Positions 39,611-50,673 are shown, counted from the first letter of the stretch. The stretch: 64,000 nucleotides of DNA from an uncultured Mycoplasmatota bacterium (GCA_947305065.1 CAMZCT010000007.1:542-64541); one strand, 5' to 3'. Numbers and translations: made by a program. Notes: a model not told the origin generated them from the letters alone.

Positions 39611-41374
39611 TTCATCTCTAGCTTCTAAGAACTTCTTTAATTCAATAGCCACATTCTCGGGAATTATTTCTTTTAACTCTTCCATACTAGCTTCTTTCAT
39701 CTTCGTAACACTACCAAACTTTTTAATAAGTTCTTTTTTTCTAACTGTACCTATTCCTTCAATTTCATCCAAGATACTAGCTATACTTCCTTTGCTTCTT
39801 AACTGTCTATGATAATTTATAGTAAATCTATGTACTTCATCTTGCATTCTAGTTAAATAATGAAATACATTACTAGTTCTATCTAAAGGAATTACATTAT
39901 AATCAGCATCAATCAAATCATTAGTCATATGCTTATCATTCTTTTTTAAACCAACTACTTTAACCGGACATTTTAATAAATCTAGTATTTCTTTCGTTAC
40001 AGCCATCTGTTTTTCTCCACCATCAACTATTATTAAATCTGGCAGATTCTGTTTTTCAACTAGAGCCCTTTGGTATCTACGATATATTACTTCTCTCATT
40101 GCGTTATAATCATCATTTTTTTCAAATGATATTTTATATTTTCTATATTCATTTTTTGCTGGCTTGCCATCAATAAAGACAACCATACCCGAAACGGTAA
40201 AAGCCCCAAACAAGTTACTATTATCAAATATATCTATTCTATTAATAGAATCCATGCCTAATAGTTTTGCTAACTCATCATTCGCCCCACTACTTCGATC
40301 TTCTTGAAGCTTTATTTCTTCAAATTTATTATCCAAATTCAATTTAGCATTATCAAAAGCCATCTTAAGTAAAGACTTTTTCGTTCCTTTTAATGGTTGA
40401 ACTATATTAGTAGTTACTACTGACTTAATCTGCGCTAAATCCAACTCTTCTGGAATAATTATTTCCTTAGGTTTTTCATTTTTAGCATAATAATTTGCAA
40501 TATAGTATTCAACCTCATCAATCGGATCGATACTTAAAGGGAAAATCTTATTTTTATGGTTTAATAACTTACCATTTCTTATAAAGAGTATCTCAATTGA
40601 TAAATAACCATTATTAACGTAATAACTAATAACATCTCTATCAACAAAATCATGTAATTCAACCTTCTGCTTAGTAAGAACTACATCTATATAATCAAGT
40701 TCTTTTTTTAATTCTAAAGCCATCTCATAATTAAGATTTTCCGAATAATTATTAATTTTACTAACTATCTTATTTCTTAAAATATCATCATTTCCCCTTA
40801 AAAATGACAATATTTCGTCCTCCATTTCTTTTACTTTCTTTTCATCAACCTTTTTTACACAATACCCCAAACATTCCCCAATATGATAATACAAACATAA
40901 ATCTTTTTTATTACCACTACATTTCTTCAAAGGATACAATCTATTAATAAGATTAACAATTCTTCTAGCAGCATAAGCATTAGGATATGGTCCAAAAAGC
41001 ACCTTCTTTTCTCTCTTTTTTATATTTAAATACCTTGATATTTTTAACATTGGATAAGGTTTGTTTACGTATTCAATATAAGGATAACTTTTATCATCAG
41101 TAAGCATTATATTATATTTAGGATTAAATTCCTTTATTAAATTAATTTCAATAATAAAAGCTTCTAATTCACTATTAGCTACAATATATGTAAAATCATC
41201 TATTAAACTAACCATTTTAGCCGTTTTACCAGTATGTACCCTATTAAAATAAGAAGATACTCTCTTATGTAAATCTTTTGCTTTACCAACATAAATAATA
41301 GTTCCATTTTTGTCCTTCATTTGATAAGAACCTGGTTTATGTGGAACTAAGGCTAATTTATCTTTAAATTTCAT
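39599..41374 (-). CDS. uvrC: Excinuclease ABC subunit C
   Basis: GIY-YIG (GSYQMKDKNGTIIYVGKAKDLHKRVSSYF), UvrBC domain, C-terminal HhH. Length 591 aa. Confidence 0.95.
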   Translation of the reverse strand: MKFKDKLALVPHKPGSYQMKDKNGTIIYVGKAKDLHKRVSSYFNRVHTGKTAKMVSLIDDFTYIVANSELEAFIIEINLIKEFNPKYNIMLTDDKSYPYIEYVNKPYPMLKISRYLNIKKREKKVLFGPYPNAYAARRIVNLINRLYPLKKCSGNKKDLCLYYHIGECLGYCVKKVDEKKVKEMEDEILSFLRGNDDILRNKIVSKINNYSENLNYEMALELKKELDYIDVVLTKQKVELHDFVDRDVISYYVNNGYLSIEILFIRNGKLLNHKNKIFPLSIDPIDEVEYYIANYYAKNEKPKEIIIPEELDLAQIKSVVTTNIVQPLKGTKKSLLKMAFDNAKLNLDNKFEEIKLQEDRSSGANDELAKLLGMDSINRIDIFDNSNLFGAFTVSGMVVFIDGKPAKNEYRKYKISFEKNDDYNAMREVIYRRYQRALVEKQNLPDLIIVDGGEKQMAVTKEILDLLKCPVKVVGLKKNDKHMTNDLIDADYNVIPLDRTSNVFHYLTRMQDEVHRFTINYHRQLRSKGSIASILDEIEGIGTVRKKELIKKFGSVTKMKEASMEELKEIIPENVAIELKKFLEARDEKKD

Positions 41375-41837
41375 CTAAATCACCTAGACTCTCTACATAA
41401 TTATATAGACCTATACACCCTTCTTTAATCTCATTATATACTAAATCAAATCTCCCAGTATACCAAGGATCTTCAATATCTTTGTTATCTTTAACAAATT
41501 CTCTAAGTTTATGAATTTTATTATCTTTATCCTCTCCTGTAATACTAAGGACATCTCTTTTATTTTTCTCTTCCATTACAATAATTAAATTGTAATCATT
41601 ATATTCTTCTTTTGAAAATCTTGTTGCTTTATGTCTTTCTATCTTAACATCATTTTTTAGTAAAACTTCCCTCGCTTGAGGATAGATATCATTCCCAATT
41701 TCTTCAAAAGAAGTTGCTCTACTATTACATGTCATCTTATATCTTTTATTTTTATTAAAAATCATATCTTTAAAGATAAATTCAGCCATTGGACTGCGAC
41801 ATATATTACCATAACAAACAAAACAAATCTTATACAT
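41364..41837 (-). CDS. Low-molecular-weight protein-tyrosine phosphatase
   Basis: CFVCYGNICRSPMAE P-loop and DPWY. Confidence 0.85.
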   Translation of the reverse strand: MYKICFVCYGNICRSPMAEFIFKDMIFNKNKRYKMTCNSRATSFEEIGNDIYPQAREVLLKNDVKIERHKATRFSKEEYNDYNLIIVMEEKNKRDVLSITGEDKDNKIHKLREFVKDNKDIEDPWYTGRFDLVYNEIKEGCIGLYNYVESLGDLDEI

Positions 41838-41838
41838 A

Positions 41839-42330
41839 CTAACCCCTAAAGAAATGAACTAAAGAATACAATAAAAATACTAATAAACTAGATGATAAAA
41901 AGACAGATAAAACAACTCTTCTACCATAATGAATCTTTTTATTTAAATCAAAATTAAATGAGTAATCAAAGTTTTGTAATGAATAAAAAGAAAGAAATAA
42001 TAATAATAAACTACCATGAACACATAAATCTACATTATCAGGTAATTTAATATAAGTACCCGCCAACAATATTGCTAAAATAGCCATTGCAGTATAAAAT
42101 TGTAAACTTTGTAATTTACTATTTTTATATTCTCTTTTATTAATCTTATAACTACCAGGAAGAAAAATTATCTGATTAAGAAAAAATATAAAAGAGAACA
42201 AAAATGAAAATCCTAACTCAAATGTAGTATCCATAAAACAATTAATAATCAATAAAACAATTGTTATAAAAAAGAAAACTATAGTTAAAACACTAAAAAT
42301 TCTCTCTAAATATGCAATTTTCTTGTTCAT
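41839..42330 (-). CDS. Polytopic membrane protein
   Basis: Four or five hydrophobic helices. No family recognised. Confidence 0.5.
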   Translation of the reverse strand: MNKKIAYLERIFSVLTIVFFFITIVLLIINCFMDTTFELGFSFLFSFIFFLNQIIFLPGSYKINKREYKNSKLQSLQFYTAMAILAILLAGTYIKLPDNVDLCVHGSLLLLFLSFYSLQNFDYSFNFDLNKKIHYGRRVVLSVFLSSSLLVFLLYSLVHFFRG

Positions 42331-42397
42331 AGTAAATCACCTATAAATTATTATAATAAATAAATTAAAAAAGTAAAAACATTTTAGTTTTTACTTT

Positions 42398-43027
42398 CTA
42401 TCTTTTACCCTTTTTTCTATTCGTTAAAGCAGCTATATCTATTGATTCGTGACCAAGTTCACTAACATCAATATCTAAATTAACACCAGTATAATTAATA
42501 GTATAAGGTTCTTGATCATACTCATAAGGATCTAATCCATTTATTCTTCCTATACTAGCATGCCCACTAACTGATACAGAGTCAGAACTAATTCTATTAA
42601 AATTACAAGCAAAATTAAATTGAACAAAAGAATCATCATAACTATTCGTCTTTTGAACACGATAATACTCTGATCCTTCATCATTATAATACATTTCGTT
42701 TTCAATATAACAAAATCTATTGTTTTCACATGAACTAAGATTATTAGTTCTACTAGTATTATAAGAAATTCTCTTACTATAACTAACAATATCTAATACA
42801 CCTTTATTCAACATTAAATAATTTGATATTAAATGAGTATGCCCAGAATAAATCATCGAAAGATTATTTACATCAGTTAAATGTAAGCTTCCATCATAAG
42901 AAACAAGTATTAAATTACATGATGAATTAACTAATTCCTTCATATAATTAACTAATTCGTATCTTACCCCAGGTAAAACTTCTCCAATTAATTTATCAAG
43001 AAAATATTCAATTAATATATTCTTCAT
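42398..43027 (-). CDS. Hypothetical protein (209 aa)
   Basis: ORF only. Confidence 0.4.
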   Translation of the reverse strand: MKNILIEYFLDKLIGEVLPGVRYELVNYMKELVNSSCNLILVSYDGSLHLTDVNNLSMIYSGHTHLISNYLMLNKGVLDIVSYSKRISYNTSRTNNLSSCENNRFCYIENEMYYNDEGSEYYRVQKTNSYDDSFVQFNFACNFNRISSDSVSVSGHASIGRINGLDPYEYDQEPYTINYTGVNLDIDVSELGHESIDIAALTNRKKGKR

Positions 43028-43178
43028 TTCGTTTATTAGGAACTCTATTCAATTCTTGTAAAAGCTCTTCCATTTTATTACTTTTAACCATATTAAATTC
43101 CCCCTGAATGGTCATTCTTTTATCATAAATATACATATTTACCAAATAAAAGTGTTATAATAAATATGAGGTATTACT

Positions 43179-43538
43179 ATGAAATTAATAAATAAATACA
43201 CATACGAAGTTAAAAAAAGCAAATTTATCGCTTATTATTATGAAATATCATCGGTAGAAGAAGCCAAGAATGTATTAGAAACCCTAAAAAAAGAACATAA
43301 AAAAGCTCGTCATATTCCCTATGCTTATAAGACAAATAACACAGCATCAAAATCTGATGACAAAGAACCAACCAACACAGCCGGTTTACCACTATATAAC
43401 CTAATAGAAAAGAAGAATCTAGATAATATCCTAATTGCCGTAGTTAGATATTTTGGAGGCACTAAATTAGGGGCCGGGAATTTACTCAGAGCCTACTTGG
43501 AAAGTGCAATAAAAGCAATAGAAAAACCAACACTTTAA
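43179..43538 (+). CDS. IMPACT/YigZ-family N-terminal domain protein
   Basis: KKSKFIAYYY..ARHIPYAYK..TNTAGLPL..VVRYFGGTKLGAGNLLRAY. Confidence 0.8.
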   Translation: MKLINKYTYEVKKSKFIAYYYEISSVEEAKNVLETLKKEHKKARHIPYAYKTNNTASKSDDKEPTNTAGLPLYNLIEKKNLDNILIAVVRYFGGTKLGAGNLLRAYLESAIKAIEKPTL

Positions 43539-44269
43539 ATAGTGTTGGTTTTATCATCTTCTTTTTCTAGTATCATATCACTAGTAATATTAATATCTGC
43601 AGTACTAACAAATTTATTAAATGCTTCAATTCTACTATCCAACCCATCTGATTCTATTAATTTACTACTAAATTGTTCTAATTCATCACATTCTCTAAGA
43701 ATTTCTTCAACATTTACATCTTTTTCCGAATCAAAACCAAGTATAGATAGTTCTCTAAGACACTCTTTAGTAAAAGTAACACAAGAATCAGGCAACAACG
43801 CCGTATACATAAACCTAGTATCTAAAGATGTTTCAAGCATATCTGGTAAATCATCAACTGAAACATCACTAATTAATGATATTTTATTATTTATATTATC
43901 TATAAGATAGTTTAAAAAACCTTTAAAAAAACATCTAAACCTAAAAACTTTTATAAAAACTGTTGAATAAGCAATAATTTCATTATAACAACTTGACTGT
44001 AAATTATTTAAAAAATTTAAAACAATAGGTCTTAAATAACAATTTTCATCGAAAAAATATATTCCTTTTTCTTCAAAAAACATCTCAAATTCCCATATTT
44101 TATTACGATATACCGTTACTAAATTAGGTAATTTTACTCCCGAAGCTCTAAAAATTATATCTACATACTGATCAAAAGTTAATCTATCATTATTACATTT
44201 GCTTTTAAAACCATTTTCCCTTTTTAATATATCCACCGTCTTCTCCATCATATCCGCCGTCTTCTCCAT
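43535..44269 (-). CDS. Hypothetical protein, paralogue of the upstream gene
   Basis: Shares GI.FF(D/G)..YL and L(K/R)E(I/L)..LG(L/F)D motifs with the 44205..44969 product. Confidence 0.45.
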   Translation of the reverse strand: MEKTADMMEKTVDILKRENGFKSKCNNDRLTFDQYVDIIFRASGVKLPNLVTVYRNKIWEFEMFFEEKGIYFFDENCYLRPIVLNFLNNLQSSCYNEIIAYSTVFIKVFRFRCFFKGFLNYLIDNINNKISLISDVSVDDLPDMLETSLDTRFMYTALLPDSCVTFTKECLRELSILGFDSEKDVNVEEILRECDELEQFSSKLIESDGLDSRIEAFNKFVSTADINITSDMILEKEDDKTNTI

Positions 44270-44969
44270 CTAAACTATCCACCTGTACTCTATAATTATT
44301 ATCCAAAGATATAAAATCAACATGATACTTATCCGACATCATCTTTAGCTGTTCATCAAAAGAATCATAATCAATATTATCATTATTTTCTTTCAATGCA
44401 ATTTCAATCTCATTTACAAAATCCCTAATAAAGTCATAATTCTCTTGATCACTAGCATCTAATCCCAGCGATTCAATCTCTTTTAAGATAAATAAAGTAA
44501 ATTTATAATACATTCCTGGCTTGAAAGCATCAAAATAACCATCGGTTAGTAATAATAAACGATAATAAGTAAATATAAAATCTGGATTAAACGCTTTTAA
44601 TAAAATATAATCATCAGTAAATGTTTCAATACTTTCATCTACTAGTTTTTTTTGTTTTAATCTACTAAAAAAGTTACTATTAATATAAGTTACAATATTT
44701 CTAAGACATTCAATCATTTCTTCAATCGTAGCTTCTAGATAAGCGATATATATAAATTTAAGATAAGTATCATCACCAAAAAAATCTATACCCTTATCTT
44801 CACCCTTTTTTCTTAAGGCATAAATAGCATTACGTACACAACCGATAGGATTAGTAAATTTTTTATTAATTAAAGGACTTTTATCAATTACTTTTATAGC
44901 TTCATCAAATGCTTTTTCATATATATTTAAATTTCCAATAATCTCATTAAAATATTCCAACCCACCCAT
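44205..44969 (-). CDS. Hypothetical protein, paralogue of the downstream gene
   Basis: See above. The C-terminus DGEDGGYDGEDGGY is encoded by a 21-bp tandem duplication. Confidence 0.45.
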   Translation of the reverse strand: MGGLEYFNEIIGNLNIYEKAFDEAIKVIDKSPLINKKFTNPIGCVRNAIYALRKKGEDKGIDFFGDDTYLKFIYIAYLEATIEEMIECLRNIVTYINSNFFSRLKQKKLVDESIETFTDDYILLKAFNPDFIFTYYRLLLLTDGYFDAFKPGMYYKFTLFILKEIESLGLDASDQENYDFIRDFVNEIEIALKENNDNIDYDSFDEQLKMMSDKYHVDFISLDNNYRVQVDSLDGEDGGYDGEDGGYIKKGKWF

Positions 44970-45037
44970 AATATCACCTGTTAAATTATAGTAAACTAAT
45001 ATATATAAAAAAGCAAGAAAAAAGACGTATTAACGTC

Positions 45038-45754
45038 TTAATCATATTTGCTTAATAATTCTTTACTACCTTTAAAGCTCAATTTCTTATTATTTATAAC
45101 ATATTCTACATTTTCTTTAGTAACAAAATGATTATCTAAAAGAATCTTAACTGAATCATAATTAATATTATCTGTAGAATCGAAAGATGCCATCCTTTCT
45201 CCTACTTCAATACAAGCATCAAAAGATTTACCAAATACTTGTTTCATAACAGGAATGTTATCATAAATCTTATTAGCTACAGAAGATTCTATTGGACTAT
45301 TAGTAATACTACTAAAGAAAAATACTATGAATATAAATACATACAAGAAGAATGTATATTCTATAAGAGAAACTAAAGCTCCAAGAATATTAGAAGGTAC
45401 ACCAATATGAAGAATAATACCAACTAATCTCTCTACAACATTAATAAACTTATTTAGAATATGAACAATGATAACCAGTAATATTGCCACAGCTACATAA
45501 CTAATAAACTCAAACAATATAAAATTAAAAACTCTATAATCAAAATCTAAAAAAGGTACATATTTATATAAAATAGAACTCATAGGGTTCTTTAAATACA
45601 GTGTTGCAACAATTATTAAACCACCCTCAATTATTCGAACACTCTTGTCATAAAATCCCCTCATAAAGCCTACAATAAACCCTACTATTGGAACAATAAT
45701 ACATATAACATTCATCAAGGATGGTCCAACAGTATCAAGATACCATACTAACAT
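45038..45754 (-). CDS. CvpA-family membrane protein
   Basis: N-terminal IVPIVGFIVGFMRGF and four TM helices. Divergent from rnhC, as yshB is in Bacillus. Confidence 0.5.
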   Translation of the reverse strand: MLVWYLDTVGPSLMNVICIIVPIVGFIVGFMRGFYDKSVRIIEGGLIIVATLYLKNPMSSILYKYVPFLDFDYRVFNFILFEFISYVAVAILLVIIVHILNKFINVVERLVGIILHIGVPSNILGALVSLIEYTFFLYVFIFIVFFFSSITNSPIESSVANKIYDNIPVMKQVFGKSFDACIEVGERMASFDSTDNINYDSVKILLDNHFVTKENVEYVINNKKLSFKGSKELLSKYD

Positions 45755-45851
45755 ATAATCACTCCTAGACTAAGTTAATTATATTACAAAAATAGTGAAT
45801 TTAAAAGGAAAATATGATATATTAAAAAAGAAAAAAAGAGGTGGCTATAAC

Positions 45852-46814
45852 ATGACAATAGTGTTTAAAGTAAGTGATAATATCAAAGAAATGATGATTA
45901 AACATTACAGCAAAATGAATCCTAGCAAACCACAATATACGATCTTCCAAGTTAAAGATTTTGACTGTGTCACTACTCTTTATGAATCTGGAAAAGTAAT
46001 GTTTCAAGGAATTGGAGCAGACATAGAAAGTTCATTCTGGATAGAACAAGAACGAATAAAAAATAATCGTTATATCGATCCTAAAGGAGAAACAAAGAAT
46101 AAAAAAGATAAAAAAGATAATAAAACAACTAACGAGAAAAAAGACTTCTATATAAATGTATCATCAGTTGGTTCTGACGAAGTCGGAACTGGTGATTACT
46201 TCGGTCCCCTAGTTGTAACGGCATCATACGTTCCAAAAGAACAATTTCAATTCTTAGAAGAGTTAGGAGTAAAAGATTCTAAAAAACTTACAGATGATAA
46301 AATAATATCAATCGCACCTACTCTAATAAAAGAAGTAATACATACAACATTCATCTTAGATAATACTTCTTATAACGAATACCATAGTGACGATACTAAT
46401 ATGAATAAAATTAAAGCTATCTTACATAATAAATGCTTACTATCGGTAATCAAAAAAGATAATGTTAAATATAATAAAATAGTAATAGATCAATTTGAAC
46501 CAGAAAAATCTTATTATAACCATATAAAAATGTTACCAGAAAGAGTTATGAATATAATGTTTATCACCAAAGCAGAAGACAAATGTTTATCTGTAGCTTG
46601 TTCATCAATAATAAGTAGATACATATTCCTAAAAGAAATTAAAAAAATGAGTGAAAAATATAAAATTGTTATTCCATTAGGTGCAGGTGATGGAGTAAAT
46701 ACTATCGCTGCTAAACTTGCCAAAAAGCATGGTAAGAATATCTTAAAAGAAGTAACAAAGTTAAACTTCAAAAATACTGAAAAAGTAGAAGAAATATTAA
46801 AAGAGAAAGAATAA
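45852..46814 (+). CDS. rnhC: Ribonuclease HIII
   Basis: GSDEVGTGDYFGPLVVTASYV catalytic motif. N-terminal TBP-like domain. ATG at 45852 behind AGAGGTGG. Confidence 0.9.
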   Translation: MTIVFKVSDNIKEMMIKHYSKMNPSKPQYTIFQVKDFDCVTTLYESGKVMFQGIGADIESSFWIEQERIKNNRYIDPKGETKNKKDKKDNKTTNEKKDFYINVSSVGSDEVGTGDYFGPLVVTASYVPKEQFQFLEELGVKDSKKLTDDKIISIAPTLIKEVIHTTFILDNTSYNEYHSDDTNMNKIKAILHNKCLLSVIKKDNVKYNKIVIDQFEPEKSYYNHIKMLPERVMNIMFITKAEDKCLSVACSSIISRYIFLKEIKKMSEKYKIVIPLGAGDGVNTIAAKLAKKHGKNILKEVTKLNFKNTEKVEEILKEKE

Positions 46815-46827
46815 TCTTTCTCTTTTT
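46800..46827. terminator. Bidirectional terminator
   Basis: AAAGAGAAAGA..TCTTTCTCTTT hairpin between the rnhC and holA stops. Confidence 0.6.
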
Positions 46828-47773
46828 AATCACACACTTTTAATAAAAACAATTCTAACGCTAGTTTATCAACTATTTTTCCTTGTTTTATATCATAATC
46901 TAAATCACATAATTCCAATAAATATTTTTCCAATTCCCTCTCTTTATAAGAATAACTATAATTTATTAATTTATCTAACTGAAAAGAATATCTAATATCT
47001 AATATCTTCATAATATCATTCTTATTATGATTCCTAATTAACTTCTTTATTAAATATACATTCCTATATTCATTAGCTAACATAGCCATTAACATAATTG
47101 GACTATTCTTATTTAATAAAAAATCATCATAATATCTAAATATATTCTTAATATCCTTTTCCATTATATAATCTATAAATTTAAAATTATTATCTAATAC
47201 ATTAGAAGCAATAATAAATTTCAAATCACTAATACTAAGTTCTTTCTTAGGATATAACAATAACTTATCTAATTCATTCATTATCAAATCATAATTATTA
47301 TCTAAAGCATTAATAATATAAGTAACTCCATCATAATCAATTTTAATCTTATTTTTTTTCAAATAACCATTAATTATATCTCTTGTTTCTTTCTGATTAG
47401 GATTACTGATCTCGATATAATTATATTTTTCCTTTACTATTTTAGAAACTTTCTTAGTTCCATTAATTTTGTCCTTTAAAACCAGAATAAGTACAGTGTT
47501 TTGATTTGGTTCATTCAAATAATTTAATAAATACTCATCTTTATTAGATGCCTCACTACCCTTTTTATTAGCAGAAAAAGCAGTAACATTTCTAACAACC
47601 ATATAATTTTTATCACCAAACAAGGTAAAATAAGATGCATCATTTAATACGTCATCTAACTCTACTTCATCAAGATTGTAACTAGTATAATTATTATCTT
47701 TTACAATCTTCTTAATCTCATCTTCTAACAATCTATAAGATGTAGAGAAAATAACATTCACACACTTATTCAT
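46826..47773 (-). CDS. holA: DNA polymerase III delta subunit
   Basis: About 315 aa. Size and overall pattern fit HolA/YqeN. ATG at 47773 behind GGTGGAGG. Confidence 0.6.
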   Translation of the reverse strand: MNKCVNVIFSTSYRLLEDEIKKIVKDNNYTSYNLDEVELDDVLNDASYFTLFGDKNYMVVRNVTAFSANKKGSEASNKDEYLLNYLNEPNQNTVLILVLKDKINGTKKVSKIVKEKYNYIEISNPNQKETRDIINGYLKKNKIKIDYDGVTYIINALDNNYDLIMNELDKLLLYPKKELSISDLKFIIASNVLDNNFKFIDYIMEKDIKNIFRYYDDFLLNKNSPIMLMAMLANEYRNVYLIKKLIRNHNKNDIMKILDIRYSFQLDKLINYSYSYKERELEKYLLELCDLDYDIKQGKIVDKLALELFLLKVCD

Positions 47774-47870
47774 ACTACCTGCCTCCACCTTTATAATAAC
47801 ATAGATTAGCAAAAAGTATTATTAAAACTAAATAATCATGATATAATCTTCATAATAGGAGATAATAAAT

Positions 47871-48362
47871 ATGAAACACTTTTTAACTGCTTTAAAACAT
47901 GTACTATTTTGTCAAATTATATGTTGGAGCATTTTTATGTTATTCGACGAAGAAATACCTTTTCTTCCCTTTTTCGGAGAACCAGACCTTGCATTAATAG
48001 TAGGAATTATAATACTAGTCATATACTTAATCCTTTACTATGCATACTTACCAAAAATAATTAAAAAGAAAGAATTATCATCATTAAAATATAATACATT
48101 TCTATTTATTATTTGGAATATAACTACAATTTTAATAGCATATGCTCTTATTACCCTAGTCGATAATAACCTTCTACACGTTTGCACTGGCGATGGATGG
48201 GCTTGCTTCCTAAACGGATTAGAATACTATATATATCCTATTATACAGGGTGGGTTATCAGCACTAATACTATTTATAAACTTAATAATAATAATCTATA
48301 AAGCAATAAAAAAAAGAATTACAGAAAGTAATTTTAAAAATCAAAATTATGCTCATGAATAA
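47871..48362 (+). CDS. Polytopic membrane protein
   Basis: Four hydrophobic helices. RBS AGGAGA. Confidence 0.5.
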   Translation: MKHFLTALKHVLFCQIICWSIFMLFDEEIPFLPFFGEPDLALIVGIIILVIYLILYYAYLPKIIKKKELSSLKYNTFLFIIWNITTILIAYALITLVDNNLLHVCTGDGWACFLNGLEYYIYPIIQGGLSALILFINLIIIIYKAIKKRITESNFKNQNYAHE

Positions 48363-48522
48363 TATCGAAATCAGCTTCTGGATAACATAAATATCCTTGA
48401 AAAATATGTTCAACATCAAAATCATCCCTAGCTATACATATCACCCCTTCTAATTCTGGTTCATAGTATTCTATAGGATAATCACTATGTGTCCCTACAC
48501 CCAGTTTATATTAGTTTTGCTT

Positions 48523-49035
48523 TCATTCATTTGGATCAACTACTTCTCTATCTTTAATATAACCTATGATTGAGCTTATAAATGCTATTATCATGAATAT
48601 TACACCCATAATAGACATAATTGATATATCATATCCAATCATTAATAAATTAACTGCAACTCCAAATAGTTTATATTTTTTAGTACTCTTTTGCCATAAT
48701 GCATACGTATAAATCATAGTTGCAGTAATGCTTAATAATGAAAAAATATTTTGATAACTAATTACACTTGCTATTAACATAATAATAAAAACTATAATTA
48801 AACTATTTTTACTTTTTGATTTATAAAACCATAAATTTCTTATAATTGAAATAACACACATAGCTATTCCTGTATATGCACCAAGCAACAAATAGGATAA
48901 TGCGCTTATAATAGTAGCAAGTATACCTATTTTTAGTATTTTAGACTTATCTTTTAAATTAAAAGTTGAAGTGTATATTAAATAATATATAATTACTAAT
49001 ATTTGCGAACATACATACCCTATTGATAAATTCAT
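48523..49035 (-). CDS. Polytopic membrane protein (170 aa)
   Basis: Five hydrophobic helices. Ends ..VVDPNE with a TGA stop. Its last ~45 bp are repeated at 49236-49282. Confidence 0.5.
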   Translation of the reverse strand: MNLSIGYVCSQILVIIYYLIYTSTFNLKDKSKILKIGILATIISALSYLLLGAYTGIAMCVISIIRNLWFYKSKSKNSLIIVFIIMLIASVISYQNIFSLLSITATMIYTYALWQKSTKKYKLFGVAVNLLMIGYDISIMSIMGVIFMIIAFISSIIGYIKDREVVDPNE

Positions 49036-49291
49036 AATTTCACCTTTTTTTATTTGGTCTTAACTATTCGTTCTCACCATGTCAGTTCCTAAGCAATTTT
49101 TACTTAAAAACATTCTATTTTAACTATTTTTTACCAATTTTAGCATATTTTTATGCAAAATATGCAAAATCTATTTTTTACTATTTCCTTATTTTATAAG
49201 GTTTTGGAGTTGGTCTTGACTAAATTGTTCTCAACCAGTTGATATTAGTTTTATTTTCATTATTCATTTGGATCAACTCCTTTTATAATTA

Positions 49292-49708
49292 CTAATCTCT
49301 AAAATCTTCTTTCCAATCTTTATTAAACATTACTATGCCATCTATAGTAAAGCCAAATTTATTATAGTATTTTTCTTTATCTAATTCAGTAGATACTATT
49401 CTTCTTCCAAAGCCTTCATATCTTTTACAAAAATCATTCATCATAATTTTTCCAAGTCCTTGTTTTTGATATTCAGGTTTAACCAATAAATATGTTATAA
49501 AAGCATTAATTGCCCCATCATCTATAGCTGATATTAATCCTACTAAATCATCTTTATTCCAAGCTGACATCACATATCAACTATTTTTAATAGCGTTATA
49601 TAATCTATTAGGATATTCTGCTGTCTTCCAACCAACAGAATCAAATAATTCTACAAGTTTATTTTTCCCTATTTCCTTTTCATATTTAAAAGTCAATTCT
49701 TTATTCAT
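49292..49708 (-). pseudogene. GNAT acetyltransferase interrupted by an in-frame TGA
   Basis: MNKELTFKYEKEIG..NAIKNS, then TGA at 49577-49579, then YVMSAWNKDDLVGL..VKPEYQKQGLGKIMM (acetyl-CoA motif). Confidence 0.65.
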
Positions 49709-50257
49709 TTATTTTATTCTCCTTTCTAATTCATATTTTAACAAACTTGCATTATCTGGTAAAAATGGACCAATTTCATCATCAGACATTAATCCATTAA
49801 AATAACATTCAATAGCTTTCTCTACTCCCGCATGACAAACTATTAAAATATTGTTATATTCTTTTGAAGTTATGTCATCTAAAAAGTCATATATTCTTTT
49901 GAAAAAATCTTGAACATTTTCTGCTTTTTCATATTTCATATTCTTTTGATATGACCAAAATTCGTTATAGTCAAATGATGATTTACTTGTTCCTTCAAAT
50001 TCTCCATAATTTCTTTCTCTTAATCTTTCATCAAAAATAATATAAAGACCTCTATCATCATTTATTATTTCAGCAGTTTGTTTAGCTCTTTTTAAAGGTG
50101 AGCAAAAAATTATATCAAACGCTAAGTCTCTTAGCATATCTGCAGTATCACTTGCTTGTGATAAACCATTTTCATTTAATTCTATATCCACTGAACCTTG
50201 CATTTTTTTCAGAACATTCCATTCAGTTTGTCCATGTCTTACAACAAATATATTCAT
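49709..50257 (-). CDS. Histidine phosphatase (phosphoglycerate-mutase-like) family protein
   Basis: MNIFVVRHGQTEWN catalytic RHG motif and a later CHAG histidine. Confidence 0.8.
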   Translation of the reverse strand: MNIFVVRHGQTEWNVLKKMQGSVDIELNENGLSQASDTADMLRDLAFDIIFCSPLKRAKQTAEIINDDRGLYIIFDERLRERNYGEFEGTSKSSFDYNEFWSYQKNMKYEKAENVQDFFKRIYDFLDDITSKEYNNILIVCHAGVEKAIECYFNGLMSDDEIGPFLPDNASLLKYELERRIK

Positions 50258-50673
50258 ATATTATACTTCCTCTCTATTGATATAAAATGCGTTTAAAAAG
50301 TGTCAGAGTGTTACAAGTCAGTATCCTAATTCCTCTCAAAAATGAGTATATTTTAGCCTAATTTTTTAATAGTTTCTTGTTTTTTTACTAAAACTTGCAA
50401 GATCTCATTTGCTAAAAAGTCCCATTTTATAAAGGTTAAAGCGATGTACAGTATAAATACAAGCCACCCACTGTTTGAATCGGATAATTAAAACATTTTA
50501 TTGAATATGAAACTCTGTTTTTTCAGATAAATAATTAGCAACTGTATTTAAAAAATCTCTAACAGTCATATAACATCCTCCATTTGATATACTAATACTA
50601 CTACGTATGAATACAAAGTCAAGTCATCTATTTATTTTTTTATATAATAAAAAAGATTGCTTCCACAATCTTT

